Part shown: one piece after another, positions 41,847-54,785 of the stretch
Layout of the letters: each line of letters starts with the position of its first letter
Position numbering within the stretch: the first letter of the stretch is position 1
NCBI GenBank assembly: GCA_950097015.1
Contig: CATNEN010000029.1
Coordinates: 620,001 to 684,000, forward strand
Length of the DNA stretch: 64,000 nt
Direction: 5' to 3'
From: Macrostomum hystrix
Lineage: Eukaryota > Animalia > Platyhelminthes
Notes under the pieces: generated by a model
What the model was told of the DNA's origin: nothing
What the model saw: the letters and a program-made list of their open reading frames with translations, nothing else
Databases searched by the model: none
Program-made: the position numbers and the translations under genes

Positions 41847-43348
41847 ATGACAGAAAGGGGAAGAGCTGGGTGCGAAACTTGGCAGGGTTCAACTGATTTT
41901 CATCCACTGATATAGTGCAAGAGATTGCAGCCAGCTCACAATAAGACAATACATTTTTTCTTGTCGAAACGCATCGGAGAAAGCCAGTATTAGTTTCAAA
42001 CATATCAAAATTATTCGTACTTATTATCGTTCTTTGTGAACACATGCAAATTATAGTTTTTTTTACAGCTTCCAGAATTTTTTGGAGAAAAGCGAGGGGA
42101 AATAAAAATGTGCATTTGCACGCCTATGAATAGCATTTTCACGTGTTTAAGGGGGCGAAAACACAATCAAAGCAACGAAGAAGAATAAAAAAAACAAGGT
42201 GTCTCAAAAAATGAGAAACGATTACGGAAAGTCCACACACTCGTTGTCATGTCGAGCTATGGGGCAGAAATGAAGACCGCACAAGTTTTTTTCCTACTTG
42301 CAACCAAGAGTTAAAGTACAGTGCAATAAAATATTATTTATTTATAACAAAAAAATAAGTAGAGATTGACGAACCGATTTCAATCGTTCGCTAACTATTT
42401 TCAATGCAAGAATGATTGGAAAGCATGCTACAATCTTTAGAGACATTTCGAGAAACTTTAGAGGATTTCAAATTAAAGACGTCGAATTTTTCGCGCCAAT
42501 TTGAACAGTAAATTTGAAGTGAATGAACAAACAAATTTGCACATGATGGTCACCTTCAAGAACTGCTTTTTATCAAAGTTTCATTGACTCGTTTTCATTA
42601 TGGCGAATCCGTCAGTGGAGGAGGCCTAATATTAAAAAAGTATAGTTATCGGCTTTAAAATTCCAATTTTCTGAAAAACGTTTTGAAAAACATTTTTCTT
42701 AAACCTTGAAAACATATTGTAAATGGCGTGAAAAATACCGAATAGAAACTTTATAATCTATTGGACACTGTGCAAAGCGTAACAAAACCGTATAATATTG
42801 AACATGTTTATCCAACAGAACTATGATTGCATCAGCTTCTCGGTACAACATATAAATTGTATACTGATCAATATACTACGAGCGTATTTTTAGTTTGTCT
42901 TAATTTTTGTAGGAAATTTTTTAGACTAAACACGAGACTATAGTTATATATAACACGGGCCAGCACTTGCATCACTGTACATATGCATTTTTGCGATGTC
43001 ACTAAGAGGCAATTATAGGAAACAAGACTATAAATAAAATTGTGAGGCGGAGATGCGTTCAACAAGTATCTTCAATCTTCAAATCCTTTGCATATATGAG
43101 ATCCATGAGCTGTAAGAAATCTGCTTCAATAAAAAATTAATTTGCAATTCTTGCTTACATAATAAATGTATAAAATAGTTCTCAAAACTGATCTCAAACA
43201 GGCTGTCCAACAAAACAAGTATGTGTCTATCTGTTTTTATGCATAGACATAATCCATTGCTAAGAACCTACAGAAGTTAGGGACTCAACTTTTAATCGAT
43301 GAACAATCGATCAATTGATAAGATGAATGCCAAAGCTATTGGTTGACC

Positions 43349-44659
43349 TCAGTCGGCCTCCCGCTCAGGGGAACCAGAGTCTGCGGGACTACCAAGCGGC
43401 ACCTTCTCAGGGTGGCCTCCGGCACCTCCGCCGCCTCCGATCGCCTCATCGTAGCTCGGCGGAGCCGACGGAATCATTGTAAACATCGTCAGGTCTCCGC
43501 CGTCCGGTGGTGGCGGGGGCGGGGCTGTCGGCACGACCGATGCCGCGGACGTCCCTGTAGCGTTGCTGGTTCCATTCACACTGGGATACAATTGCTGCGG
43601 ATGCTGCTGCGGCTGTTGTTGCTGCGGCTGATCCGTTTCCATAGCAACAGCGGGCTCGCGTAACGCCCGCATTCCAATGACAATTTGCTCTTCGGCAAGC
43701 ACACTGACGACCTCAGCCTTGCGATAGTCCGGGCCTACACAGACCACCTGGGACAGGGGCGCGCCGGTCACGGCAGAGATTAGCGGCGTACTGCTCGTCA
43801 GCTGGAGGTAGTACTCGATCTCAATCAGGCGACTGCTGCGCTCCACCTCGCTGGTCACCAGCCAGGGCAGCGCCAGCTTCGCATCGTCGACCAGCAGGCG
43901 CTCTGCGTTGCGCAGCCGGCCAAGGCACAGATTTTTTACCAACAGACGCTGCACTCGACGCAGCTGAAGACCTCCGGCGCCAAATGCCTTCAGAACGCCC
44001 TTCTGCACTAGGCAGGCGTTGATGTTTTCGAGCTTAGCTCGTGAGTTATTGTAGATTTCCACCTGCATCGCGAGCACCTCGCCGATGGCGTAGCCGCGCT
44101 TGTTAGCCACGAGGCGGGCGGAGATCAGACCGGTGTCCGAGCGGGAGCGCGCAGGTGACCAGACATCTATGGGTTCGGTTAGTGGTACGCGGCCGCGGTA
44201 GCGATTCAAATCAAGGTCATTGATGACCACGATAGGCACGGTAGTCTCATGGCTCTTGCCGCCGCAGTCGAGGAAGGCGGTGAGCTTGTAGAACACGACG
44301 GTCATGAAGGAGCTGGGCAGGTCGGCCGGTAGGCGGAACTCGAACTTGAACTTGTACAGCTCGTTGCGGCAGATGCGACGCAGCGGGCCGCTCTGATGCG
44401 AGCTGTTCTTGGAGTAAACGATCTGCGCCAGGCGCACGTAGGTCTCGTGATCCTCGAAGGTTGGACGCGATGAAGAGGCAGCGTTGCCGCCAGAACCGTC
44501 GACAAATTCTACCTGACCTCCGCCGTACAGGTAAACAACCACCCGTGCAATGTCAATATCCTTCTTGAGACGCAGCAGTACGTCGCCAATGATCAGGCTG
44601 CCTGATAGAAAAGGGCCGCTGTTCTCCAGCTTCATCTCGAAAATGTCCAGTTTGCCCAT
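43349..44659 (-). CDS. Alpha-arrestin (arrestin domain-containing protein), single exon, 436 aa
   Basis: Arrestin_N motifs (F..G..I.G.V.L, YKFKFEFRLP..LPSSF, YKLTAFLD), Arrestin_C (KRGYAIGE.L...VEI.N.S, IEIEYYL) and a C-terminal PPSY WW-binding motif. Confidence 0.93.
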   Translation of the reverse strand: MGKLDIFEMKLENSGPFLSGSLIIGDVLLRLKKDIDIARVVVYLYGGGQVEFVDGSGGNAASSSRPTFEDHETYVRLAQIVYSKNSSHQSGPLRRICRNELYKFKFEFRLPADLPSSFMTVVFYKLTAFLDCGGKSHETTVPIVVINDLDLNRYRGRVPLTEPIDVWSPARSRSDTGLISARLVANKRGYAIGEVLAMQVEIYNNSRAKLENINACLVQKGVLKAFGAGGLQLRRVQRLLVKNLCLGRLRNAERLLVDDAKLALPWLVTSEVERSSRLIEIEYYLQLTSSTPLISAVTGAPLSQVVCVGPDYRKAEVVSVLAEEQIVIGMRALREPAVAMETDQPQQQQPQQHPQQLYPSVNGTSNATGTSAASVVPTAPPPPPPDGGDLTMFTMIPSAPPSYDEAIGGGGGAGGHPEKVPLGSPADSGSPEREAD

Positions 44660-46359
44660 GCTGATAGCTCGGTGTAAGACTGACTGGAAGCAATACAGCT
44701 AGCTCTCTTTGAGCAGTGCGCACTCTCACTTTGGGGTTACAGTAAAAGCGCAAAGTCAGTATATTGCTCTTCGCGTGGACTTGCTTCTGGCTGCTGCCTA
44801 CCGCTTTAAGAGGAGGTGTGGGGTTGGCAAGGCTGTCCTGTGATGTCCTGGGAATGCGGGCCACGTACACTGGCCTGTGAGAGGGGAAACGCAGGGCGCG
44901 TCTGAGGTTGCGAGACAGCGCACAGAGTGGAGATTAGAGGAAAAGGGCGAGAGGGAAACAGGGCGACGAGAAACAGGGATAGGAAAGAGAAGGGATAGAA
45001 AATGAGGGAGCCAGAAGCTCTATGCTTCCCTCACATTACCCCGGTGTGTCCCCGCGTTTCCCCTTCTCTCCACAGGAACTTCGTCGAGGGTTACAGTCGA
45101 AGAGCTATCGGAGGACACGGGGTGAAGAATACAGGGGAGGGATCAGCTGCGAGTGAAGGACGGAGGACAGGCGGACAGATTGAGCGACCGGCACTATTCA
45201 GCGGAGTCCGGGATGGGAATGTAACATTGAAATATCGGACCGTGGGAGACGAAGGCAAAGGAAGAGGAAGAGTCAGCTAGGCGAGGGTGAGCTTTGGATC
45301 GAGACACGGGGGGAGTGAAGGTAGAGCATCTGAGAATAGGAAGTGTAGTGGATGTAGAGGCAGCTCTTTCACTCCCTCTGCTGGCACCGCTGCTGCTGAA
45401 TTACTGTATACTTGCCCTCCGCATATTCCTTATTCTCTCATTCGCCTCGTCACAATCTTATGATCCATCTTATTTTTCACCACGGATTCCCAGTGCTCGT
45501 GTTTTGCCGCCCATGCCCGCGTCTGAGCGATCTTTAGGTCCCATTGTGTGCACTCAATTGCTCAGCGCCTCGCGCGTCCCCCAATGTCATAGATTAATGC
45601 CACACTAAAAGGCATGCCGTGCACCTTCACTCCAACCCCTTATGTACGAGCCGCACACGTTACTTGCGTCATCAGTGTCACCAAGTGTCACCAAGTGAAG
45701 AGAGTCCCATCGGGGAATTGAGGCGGAACACGAGCAGAATATTTAGATTCTTTTCAGTAGCCAATGATTTGATACTGAATAAACTTTTTAAGTTGTTCTG
45801 ATGGTTTTTTGGATGCGTCTTGTGATGCCTATTTCTGCCTCACCTAAAGGGATGGGTCAATTATTTCACCAGATACTGCTACAACTGCTTGACGCATGTC
45901 CCTGCTACAAAATGACACCTCAGACACACAAATTAGTCAAGTACTTTTTAGATACGACTCGTATTCTCATTTAAAGTGTACTTTCTCTGCTTCTTTGTGG
46001 CTTTCGTCAGCAAAGTTTAATTGCCATTAAACAAATGAGTGCTGTGACCGTATACTTATGTTCTCATAAATTCTCAAAAAAGAAACACATGATCGTTCAA
46101 GCCTACTTAAGGTAGGGCATCTAGTATCGTTCCAAACTCGAATTTACTGTGTAAAAAGCGAGTAAAATCAGCAAAATAAAAGGAGTCAAGACTAGAGGGG
46201 TGAGAGATCACGGTAAGTTGGTGAGCTAGCTTTAGCCCTAACGATTTAATGCATGTCAAACTGAGCATACTTGAGAAACAATGGATGTGTGAAATAACTG
46301 AGGGGTGGGTGGCTCTGGCGGCTCCGCCCTGAGCACGTAAGCTTTATATGCCTTAGCAA

Positions 46360-46960
46360 CAAACAACAGCAACAACAAAAGACGCTAGCCCCAAAAGTCA
46401 GGGAGGCAGCGTCAGATGGCGCTCCGCAGAGCCAGCGCGCGAACATGGTCCGCGCCGGTGGCAGTGTCGGGCGCCCCGGCGTCGCTCAGCAAGCAGTCGA
46501 CGTAGCGGCGGGTCCGAGACTGGCCGCGCCTGAACGGGCCCTGCAGGGTGAGCAGCAGGACGTCCTAGGCGGGCTGGCGGCAGTAGCTCTCGGCCCGAAT
46601 AACGTGGCCCGCTAGTCGAAGTCGCCGCTGGCGCAGGATGGTGGACGGGCGTTGCAGCTGGGCTCTTTCGTACAGAGCCTCGGTCACGACGCTCTCGTCA
46701 GCTTGAAAGGCCGCACGGAGCAGCCCCGAGTGCGCCGAGTCCAGCTGCCGCTCCAGCGTAGCCGTCAGCGTCCACGACACGACTCGGCGTTGTACAGCAG
46801 GACGGTCTCAACGCCGCCTGCCACAGCCGAGCCCTCTGGCGGTCAGGCAGCGCTGTGGACTGGAGGACGGCCCGGATCGAACGGTAGGCCGCCCATGCGA
46901 GTCCTCTGCGCCGCCTGATGTCCTCTTCCACGTTGGGCACCAGACCGCAGAGGCCGAGGC
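46360..46960 (-). pseudogene. 5'-truncated RTE-like non-LTR retrotransposon, post-RT region
   Basis: DIRRRRGLAWAAYRSI...LLYNAESWTLT...LRQRRLRLAGHVIR across shifted frames with a stop, plus a (TTG)n-like tail near 46360. Confidence 0.75.
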
Positions 46961-47587
46961 CAGATGCCTTAGCAACTGCATGCAAAACCCTGATCCATGA
47001 CATATAAGTCACCCTTCCGCTGGCCTAAATTAAGAAGATAACAAATAAACAATTTAATTCTTGGTTAGGCTCATGAATGCTCTTTTTCGCACATTTTCCA
47101 AAACCAGAGCACATTAAAAAAACTGTTCCCCTTGGCCTTGCTTAAGCACCCTTATTCTCATTCCCCCACCCCCATCACAGTCACAATCTCGTTGTTGTTA
47201 TTTTTTATGACGCCCTGATTGCGCAATCTGAAAATGCAAACAAAAAACTACTGCAATCATACTGACTATATTGCACAGTGGACACGAGTTCAGCATCAAC
47301 GGGAGTCGGATGTCCCTGTGCGGTATAGGCCAATTTATCAGGCTGTCTAAAATATCCATCGTAATCAGCACATCTTTGTGAGTTGGAAATCGATACATCG
47401 CTAAGCTCCTGATGTAATTTTCCTTTTCTCACCTCTAGGAATATTGATTTTCAATAAGGCAAAGCAAGTGAATTTCAAGAAAAAAATTGAATATTAGGGT
47501 CATTTATTTATATAGTCAGTTTGTGCTTAAAGACCTGGGCTCAATCGTTTTCATTATGAAAATCAAAGCGATCAAAATCCAACACGG

Positions 47588-48275
47588 AATACCTAATTAG
47601 TTTATTTGCCTACTGCGTAACACCTAATTTAGTTTATTTGCCTACTGCACAACACCAAATTTAGTTTATTTGCCTACTGCACAACACCAAATTTAGTTTA
47701 TTTGCCTACTGCACAACACCAAATTTAGTTTATTTGCCGATTGCATAACACCTAATTTAGTTTATTTGCCTACTGCACAACACCTAATTTAGTTTATTTG
47801 CCTACTGCGTAATACCTAATTTAGTTTATTTGCCGATTGCATAACACCTAATTTAGTTTATTTGCCTACTGCACAACACCTAATTTAGTTTATTTGCCTA
47901 CTGCACAACACCAAATTTAGTTTATTTGCCTACTGCACAACACCAAATTTAGTTTATTTGCCTACTGCACAACACCAAATTTAGTTTATTTGCCGATTGC
48001 ATAACACCTAATTTAGTTTATTTGCCTACTGCACAACACCTAATTTAGTTTATTTGCCTACTGCGTAATACTTAATTTAGTTTATTTGCCTACTGCACAA
48101 CACCTAATTTAGTTTATTCGCCGATTGCACAACACCTAATTTAGTTTATTTGCCTACTGCACAACACCTAATTTAGTTTATTTGCCTACTGCACAACACT
48201 TAATTTAGCTAATTTGCACACTGCATAAAACCTAATTTAGTTTATTTACACACTGCGTAACACCTAATTTAGTTT
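47588..48275. repeat. 32-bp minisatellite
   Basis: Unit TAATTTAGTTTATTTGCCTACTGCACAACACC, about 21 copies. Confidence 0.92.
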
Positions 48276-48619
48276 ATTGACTTGATTATATCGTTTATTT
48301 ATTTGTCTGTATTTAATTTTTGACAAAAAAAGAAGATAAATTGCAAGGCCAGGCTTAGGCAGGAAAGCTTTAAGGCAGCTATTGATGAGGTCGAATTCAA
48401 AGCAGGCAGCGTTGACTATAGGCGCATCGCAGCTTCCCATGGACTGTCAACAACCACACTCTGCGACAAGGTGCGCAAGCTGCGAGATGGCTTCCAAGAC
48501 AATCGTCAATTGTGCTGCGGATGAACGAACAGGCCTGCGCATCATCAAGGAGGTAAGAAGTGGCTTCTTTAAACTTTGAAAATTCCTAAATTTCAAACTG
48601 GCCTCTATAGTGTAACCAT

Positions 48620-48860
48620 GCATCCTTCCCCCTCATCCTTCCGCATCTCCCCTAATCATTCCACATCTCCCCTAATCATTCCACATCTCCCCTAATCATT
48701 CCGCATCTCCCCTAATCATTCCACATCTCCCCTAATCATTCCGCATCTCCCCTTTATCCTTCCGCATCTCTCTTCATCCTTCCGCATCTTCCTCATCATT
48801 CCGCATCTTTCCCTAATCCTTCCGCATCTTCCATCATCCCTCGGCATCTTCCTCCAGATC
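48620..48860. repeat. 20-bp minisatellite
   Basis: Unit TTCCGCATCTCCCCTAATCA. Confidence 0.85.
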
Positions 48861-49429
48861 ATTCCCATTTTTTATGCCGAAACTATACCTAATATTTATT
48901 TAAAGTTTTGGTACGAAAGTCTAGAAAGTCGAGCTTTGCTACGTTCAGCAAAGGGAATGCTGAACGTCATTCAGAAGGTGTACGGCAGTGACCGCAAGCA
49001 CACGACCGTCCTGACTGCCGTGCAATGCGCTTGGCAATGCCGTGCAATGTCAAGCTGCTGCCGCCACATTTAGTATTTCCTATAGCAATAAGCTATTTTC
49101 TAATAATAAGTACCCCAGCGACTGCCGTTTCTCTGTGTCAGAAACAGGCTGGATGACAGCGGTCGTTTTTCAAGAATTTATCCGCAAAACCTTCATCCCC
49201 TTCCTGCAGCATCCCCTTCCCTGATCACGGCGCGCAGCTGCATTCAGCTTTGCAGCAATCAGTGAGCTTTTTAAAATGTTATACATTTTATCACGTTAAT
49301 TTCATCACTTTAAGTCATCCAAAGTTTTCATAATTTTCTGCTTACTTCTCAGACTAGGGGTGTTGTTCTATTTAATTTGTTCTGTAATTGCCTTTGATGT
49401 TTTTCCCTATCCCCTGTCAATTGTCATTC

Positions 49430-49640
49430 CCTTCATTTATTACCTGTCATTCCTTTCTTCCTCTATTACCTGCATGTCTTTCCTTCCTCTATTACCTGTC
49501 ACTCTCTTCCTCTATTACCTGTAATTCCCTTCCTATATTACCTGTCATTCCCATCCTCTATTACCTGTCATTCCCTTACTCTATTACCTGTCATTCCCAT
49601 CCTCTATTACCTGTCATTCCCATCCTCTATTACCCGTCAT
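49430..49640. repeat. 23-bp minisatellite
   Basis: Unit CTATTACCTGTCATTCCCATCCT. Confidence 0.85.
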
Positions 49641-52076
49641 TTCGAAACCCAGGTACAAAATGTAGCGCAAGCGAGTCAGTGACGGAAGCAGAAATGCACA
49701 TGCACACACATTTAAATTCAGCTTGTTAAAAATATACTTCTGCCCGTTGCTGGCGGCGTGCACTGCTAACGTAACAGTCCCTTTTCGCTTTCCGTCCACG
49801 TCCACATTTTTTACTTCGATGATCACAGATTAAATGATCTGTAATTATTGCGCTCGTTGGTATAAATAATAGCACCAACGAGGTTGTGATTGTGATGGGG
49901 TTGGGGGAATGAGAATAGGGGTGCTAAGTAGACACAATAGAATTATTTCCAAAAGACACAACAGCTACGAAAAACGAAAATGCGGAAATTTCATTTAATA
50001 TATAGTCACAGAATCTGCGAGTCTTAGAGTCGAAAAAGGAATATATCCATACCTTATGCTTTGTACAAACCGTAATTTTTAGAGGCTCAAATTTGTTTTA
50101 AACATGTGTTTTTTATTGTTCGGTTTTGTGATTTTTCTGTTACCTTTTGACATGCTACCATGTATATATAAAATCCGAACAGATGGCAAATTTGGCATCA
50201 TCAACCGAACAGACAATATTTTCAGCTAAGGACTCTAGTTAGCTTATAATACTCTAAAGTGATATTTGAAACCGTTTTTAAATTTACAGTTTTTAGTAGA
50301 GGGCTGTATTTCCGCACGCCTTTGCTTCTAGTCAACATTTGCGACTTTTATGATGTCTCACCCTATGAAAAACAGAAGTAGCATGAAGATGGAATTGTCA
50401 CATAGGAATAGGCCTATGGGTATCAATATTAATGGTAGATAAAAATTAGATAAGAAATATATCTACCAAAATATAAGTTATTTAAGAGTTTTATGTTTCA
50501 CTAGTTTTTCCCTATTAAAAATGTCTTGAAATAAGCTGCCTTTCTGAAGGTACAAGTATGACTTTAAGTTTCAACTATACTTGATGGGTATCAAAGTATA
50601 TTGTTTTCCATTTTTGTTGTAAATATTACATTTAAAATATTTTTTAAGCTACTAGCTAGCATGCCAGCAACTTTTGTCTCAAACATAGATGATCATCTCT
50701 AATTCCTTCCATCTTGTTTTATATGTTGGCAACATATTTTTAGTCCCAACTGTAGCAACCAGAAGTAATGTAATCAAATGACTCAATTAGTAACATTTTC
50801 CTTGCAAACAACCCAATAATATGCCTATCCTAAAATTTGCCACTTGGTCAAAACTAGGCCTATCCCCTAGTTAACAAATATGGCAGATTTAACCTTAGCT
50901 AGCTTAGACTTCCAAGCTTGGCTATTATCTTATCTCAATGCAACAGTCTGGTTTGAGCTCTGATATATAATCACAAGGCTAGCAACTTTTTGATAATATG
51001 ATTACAATAATCATAATAATCTTGTTATAGATTAGGCCTAGCTAGCCTACACCACTTTCACAGATTACACTGTGAACCTTATTTAAGTTTAGTGATAACA
51101 CAATAGCTAGGCCTAGCCTTCTTGAACTTTAATCCTAGAAGAAACTTCGGGTTTTCCAATTGACTTGATTTCACCCACTGTCTTTTAGCAGGTTATAGAC
51201 AAAGAGAAAACCTTAGGTTTAAGAAAAACCCAAGCAGATAGAAAGATGGAAAGGGAGAAGTAATAATAGTTGTAGGTATGAAAATCTCATGATCTTGGTA
51301 ATGGTATCATTATGGTATCACCATAATTTCAAAGCAGCTTTTTTGTTTAGCAGTTTACTGAAAATCTTTCAACAAATTAGCAAAAGTAGTCACCTAATGT
51401 CTAAGGCTTTTAGAAAATTAATGGGGCATGACAAGTTAGCAAAAATTTGAGTCTATAAGTTGTGACACTTTCGCAGATTCAAAAGTCTAAATAATTGATT
51501 TTAAATATGTGCCTTATTATAATGTACTTATTATATTTGGTAGCTAATATGTGGTAACCTGACAACCTATATTTTAGGAGGCCATAAGAGAGCTTGAATT
51601 ACAGTGATTAAGGCTTAGTTCTTTTTTTCTTAAATATTAAAGTGCTTTTTCCATGTACCTTGCTATTAAATGGTTACTAGAATTTGCTAGGATAGAAAAT
51701 CAGGTCTATAGTGGCCCTCCAGTCCATAAAGTGACAACTGCACTAGAAAAGGGTAACCAAAAGTTCTGTCAGAAATTTATGCTTTGAAATATATTTCACA
51801 GTACTTAAATAGAAAAAAGAACTTTTTTGTGTATTGAATAAGCAAAGAATATGTGGTTAATAATTAATTCTGCAGAAGACAGTTTGTTTATAGAAGCCAA
51901 AAGTGATGTATTTTTTACTAAAAGTATACAACTTTACATGTTTACTACATTTCCTATAAAATCAGATTAAGGAGAAAAGCAACTAACCATATGGTCAAGA
52001 AAAATATTTTAGAAAAAGTAAACTAAATTAATAAAGTTATTTATTTATTTCTTAACTAAATTAATTAAACCTTATA

Positions 52077-53425
52077 CTTTGGGTGTGTCATAAGTATGTC
52101 ACTGAGGGGAAAACAGACCAACAAACAATCGTAGATGAACAAAACTGTATCAATCAACAACATAGTGTCTCCCAATATCAACCACCCTCTGGCAGTGCTC
52201 GTACAGCTTCTCCACCTCAGCCTGCAGGTTTTTTCCTCCAGCTGTTGGAACCAGTGCAACACTGCTTCTTTGACCTCACCATGGTTTGCAAAACTTCTTA
52301 GGGAAAAGTCTGCCTTCAGCCATTTGAAGAGGAACCTGTCGCACAAGTTGAAGTCTGAATCTGCTAGAGCAGATTCGCTCGCCATCCAGCCAGAAAATCC
52401 GAAAATGCCTGACAGGTGTGTGGCCGTGCGTTGTCCATCTGCCACAGCACTTCGTTCAGGTGAATCGGGTTTGACCGGAGCGTGCGCCAGAGGTTCCCAG
52501 TGTGTCGGACAAAGTCGATGAAGTACTCGTCATCGACCTTGGTGTTGGGCGCAGTTGTACAGATGGAGACTTGTTTGTTTGGCGTGAATGCCACCAGCAG
52601 CATTGTTTTCTTGTCTTAGATGGACCTCCTGGTCACTGTCAGCCTGTAGTCCCCAGCTCCCAGCCAGCAGCGATTGTCTGCCTTGCTGCTTTTGCCATCC
52701 AGGTGGAGCCAGGTCTCATCCTCAACAACCAGGCAGTTTAGGATGTCATCCAAGCCCGGCTTCTGAGCACCTTGCGGATCTGCTTGGCGCAGTTCACACG
52801 GGCCTGACGTTGGTCCGCAGTGAGGTCATGGGGCACCCAGACCGAGCAGACGTTTCGGAGATGGAGATCCTGTGTCAAGATGCGATGGACTGTCTTGAAA
52901 TCAATCTCCAAGCAGTCCGCTAGCTCCCTGACTGCCGCGGGCCTTCCTTCACCAGGTCGCTGACGCTGATGACTTCGATGTTCTCTATTGTCCTGGTTGA
53001 ACATGGTCGTCCAGATCTGGCGGCATCTCCCAATTCGAACCCAGGATCAGTAAAGTTCTGAAACCACCTGTAAATTGTCCTGCGAGTTGGGCAGTTGTCT
53101 GGCAGTGTGGTCCGGAGATCCTCCTCTACTTCTGCTGCAGATCTTCCAAGCTTAAAGCGAACGAAAGCGTGGAACTGGATGTGCGTCTTGTCGTGATTCA
53201 TGTTGAGTTTTGCTTGTTGCAAAAAGAAGATTTCATCGCTTTGCGCTTGCTAAATCTGATTAACGAATCCTTGCGACAGCTTTGACCGTAGACATTAAAA
53301 TTGCTGCTCCGGTGTGGTGGCAACTTCTCAATAAATGTACTTTCAGAATATAGTATATTTGGATGCTTGTGGCTTTGGGTTTCTGCACAACAACTACAGT
53401 GACATTACTTATGACACACCCGAAG
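52077..53425 (-). mobile_element. Full-length decayed mariner (Tc1/mariner) transposon, about 1349 bp
   Basis: TIRs CTTTGGGTGTGTCATAAGTATGTCACTG and CAGTGACATTACTTATGACACACCCGAAG with TA on both flanks. Frameshifted transposase with HTH (TIYRWFQ...RSGRP), WVPHDL, DETW, MDNARPH and DFNLCDRFLF motifs. Confidence 0.9.
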
Positions 53426-54069
53426 TATTTCAAAGTCGTATTTTGGAGAGTAAGTTGTGACGACTATACTCGTATTAGTAGAGTATAAAAGTATATTAGA
53501 AATTAAAAAATCAATAAGTTTTTACCTCTGTTGTGTTTTCCGACAAATCTTTCAGTACATCAAGATTTGACAATTCAAAAATCTGTCTAGTTTAAGCAGC
53601 GTAGCCTATCCTAGCCAATCACTGAAGTTAAGTTCTATGGATTAAATCAATACCCTGTTGCAGCCAATATTTAAACATCTAAGTATTGAAAGTATTAAGT
53701 GACAATAGTATGTGCAGAATAATATCATAAGTGTAAGAGAGTTAAGGGGCCTTGTTTCTTGTAAATACTGGACTAAAGCAGATGTAACAAAGTGTGTCAC
53801 GCAGAACAGTAGAGACAATAATTGCTGCAATCTCATAGGGATAGAGAGGCAATGGAGTGTGGCTTATTGTATTGCACTTTGCAAGGTCATAATAGTAGAT
53901 ATAAATAGTTTTACTGCTAATAATTATTGTTCTCTTGGATCATTGCAAGGTCAGTTTTCTATTTTCATTCGCTGACTCCTGAGCACATACACACACACAC
54001 ACACACACAGAGATACTGTACGCAGGCATATGGTCACACAGGTGTGTTCGTCTGCCCTGACAATCTCAT

Positions 54070-54252
54070 CGTCAGGCAGTGTACACTCACTGTGCCTTAG
54101 AGGTTGGCCCTCAAGGACTTAAATTGCACGACAAGCCCCCAGAGCCTTTTCTACGCGGCTGCGCCCCAAATGAATGTGACATCGCCATGGAATTGAACTT
54201 CGGGACCTTGGCGCGAGAGGCAAACGCGTTAACCGCTCTGCCACCGACCCCC
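54070..54252 (-). mobile_element. tRNA-derived SINE, family A (best copy)
   Basis: Head GGGGTCGGTGGCAGAGCGG (A box)...GTTCAATTCC (B box), then a non-tRNA body shared with two other copies. Confidence 0.75.
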
Positions 54253-54785
54253 AGTAGTAGCCCAGCATAAACAGGGGTAGAATTTCGAATGGGTGAGTCC
54301 ATTTATTATATATCTGTGTCACAGACTGATCATCTGGCACAACTAGTTTATGTGCACTCTCTGTTACCGTCAGTGTAAACCCGTCACATAATTTGAAAAT
54401 TTCTCTTTCATTCTGTGCTTGCTGTTTGCTTCGTTGCATTGAAAATTCTGCAAGATTTTTAATTCGAATTGAATTCATTCGTTTTTGTTAACTAATTTGC
54501 AGCTGTTTTATACCTACATGTCCCCCGAGCCTACTAGCAGTAGCGATGTTTGGTTTTCGCAGCGCTGCCACGCCTCCATATTAGTTTTAAACCAATGGAG
54601 TAGCTTTCACTTCGAAGCTTCTAGCCAATGGTGTCTGGCGGAGCCGTACGTTCTGCGGTCAACGGAGGCGGGTTGGGGAAGGCATTAGCTGGACCTTCAA
54701 AAAGCAGCCACAGACCGCAGTTCAACGGGGCATCAGTTTGTCAGGGCAATCAAGAAATTCTAAGCGGCAAGGCTAAAGTAATAGA

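Larger units (their letters stand above)
47145..49925 (+). mobile_element. Decayed pogo/Fot1-like DNA transposon bounded by about 65-bp inverted repeats
   Basis: AGCACCCTTATTCTCATTCCCCCACCCCCATCACAGTCACAATCTCGTTG (47145) is inverted at 49862-49925. Inside are a psq-type HTH (KAAIDEV...RRIAASHGLSTTTLCDKV, about 48370-48490) and DDE_1-like pieces (HTTVLT, SETGWMTAVVFQEFIRKTFIP, about 48990-49210). Confidence 0.65.

Noticed and set aside
54190-54252. tRNA genes (also 4770-4835, about 10200-10235 and about 28245-28275)
   Set aside because: A and B boxes are present, but I found no complete cloverleaf. The longer copies continue into bodies shared with other dispersed copies, so they are treated as SINE heads.
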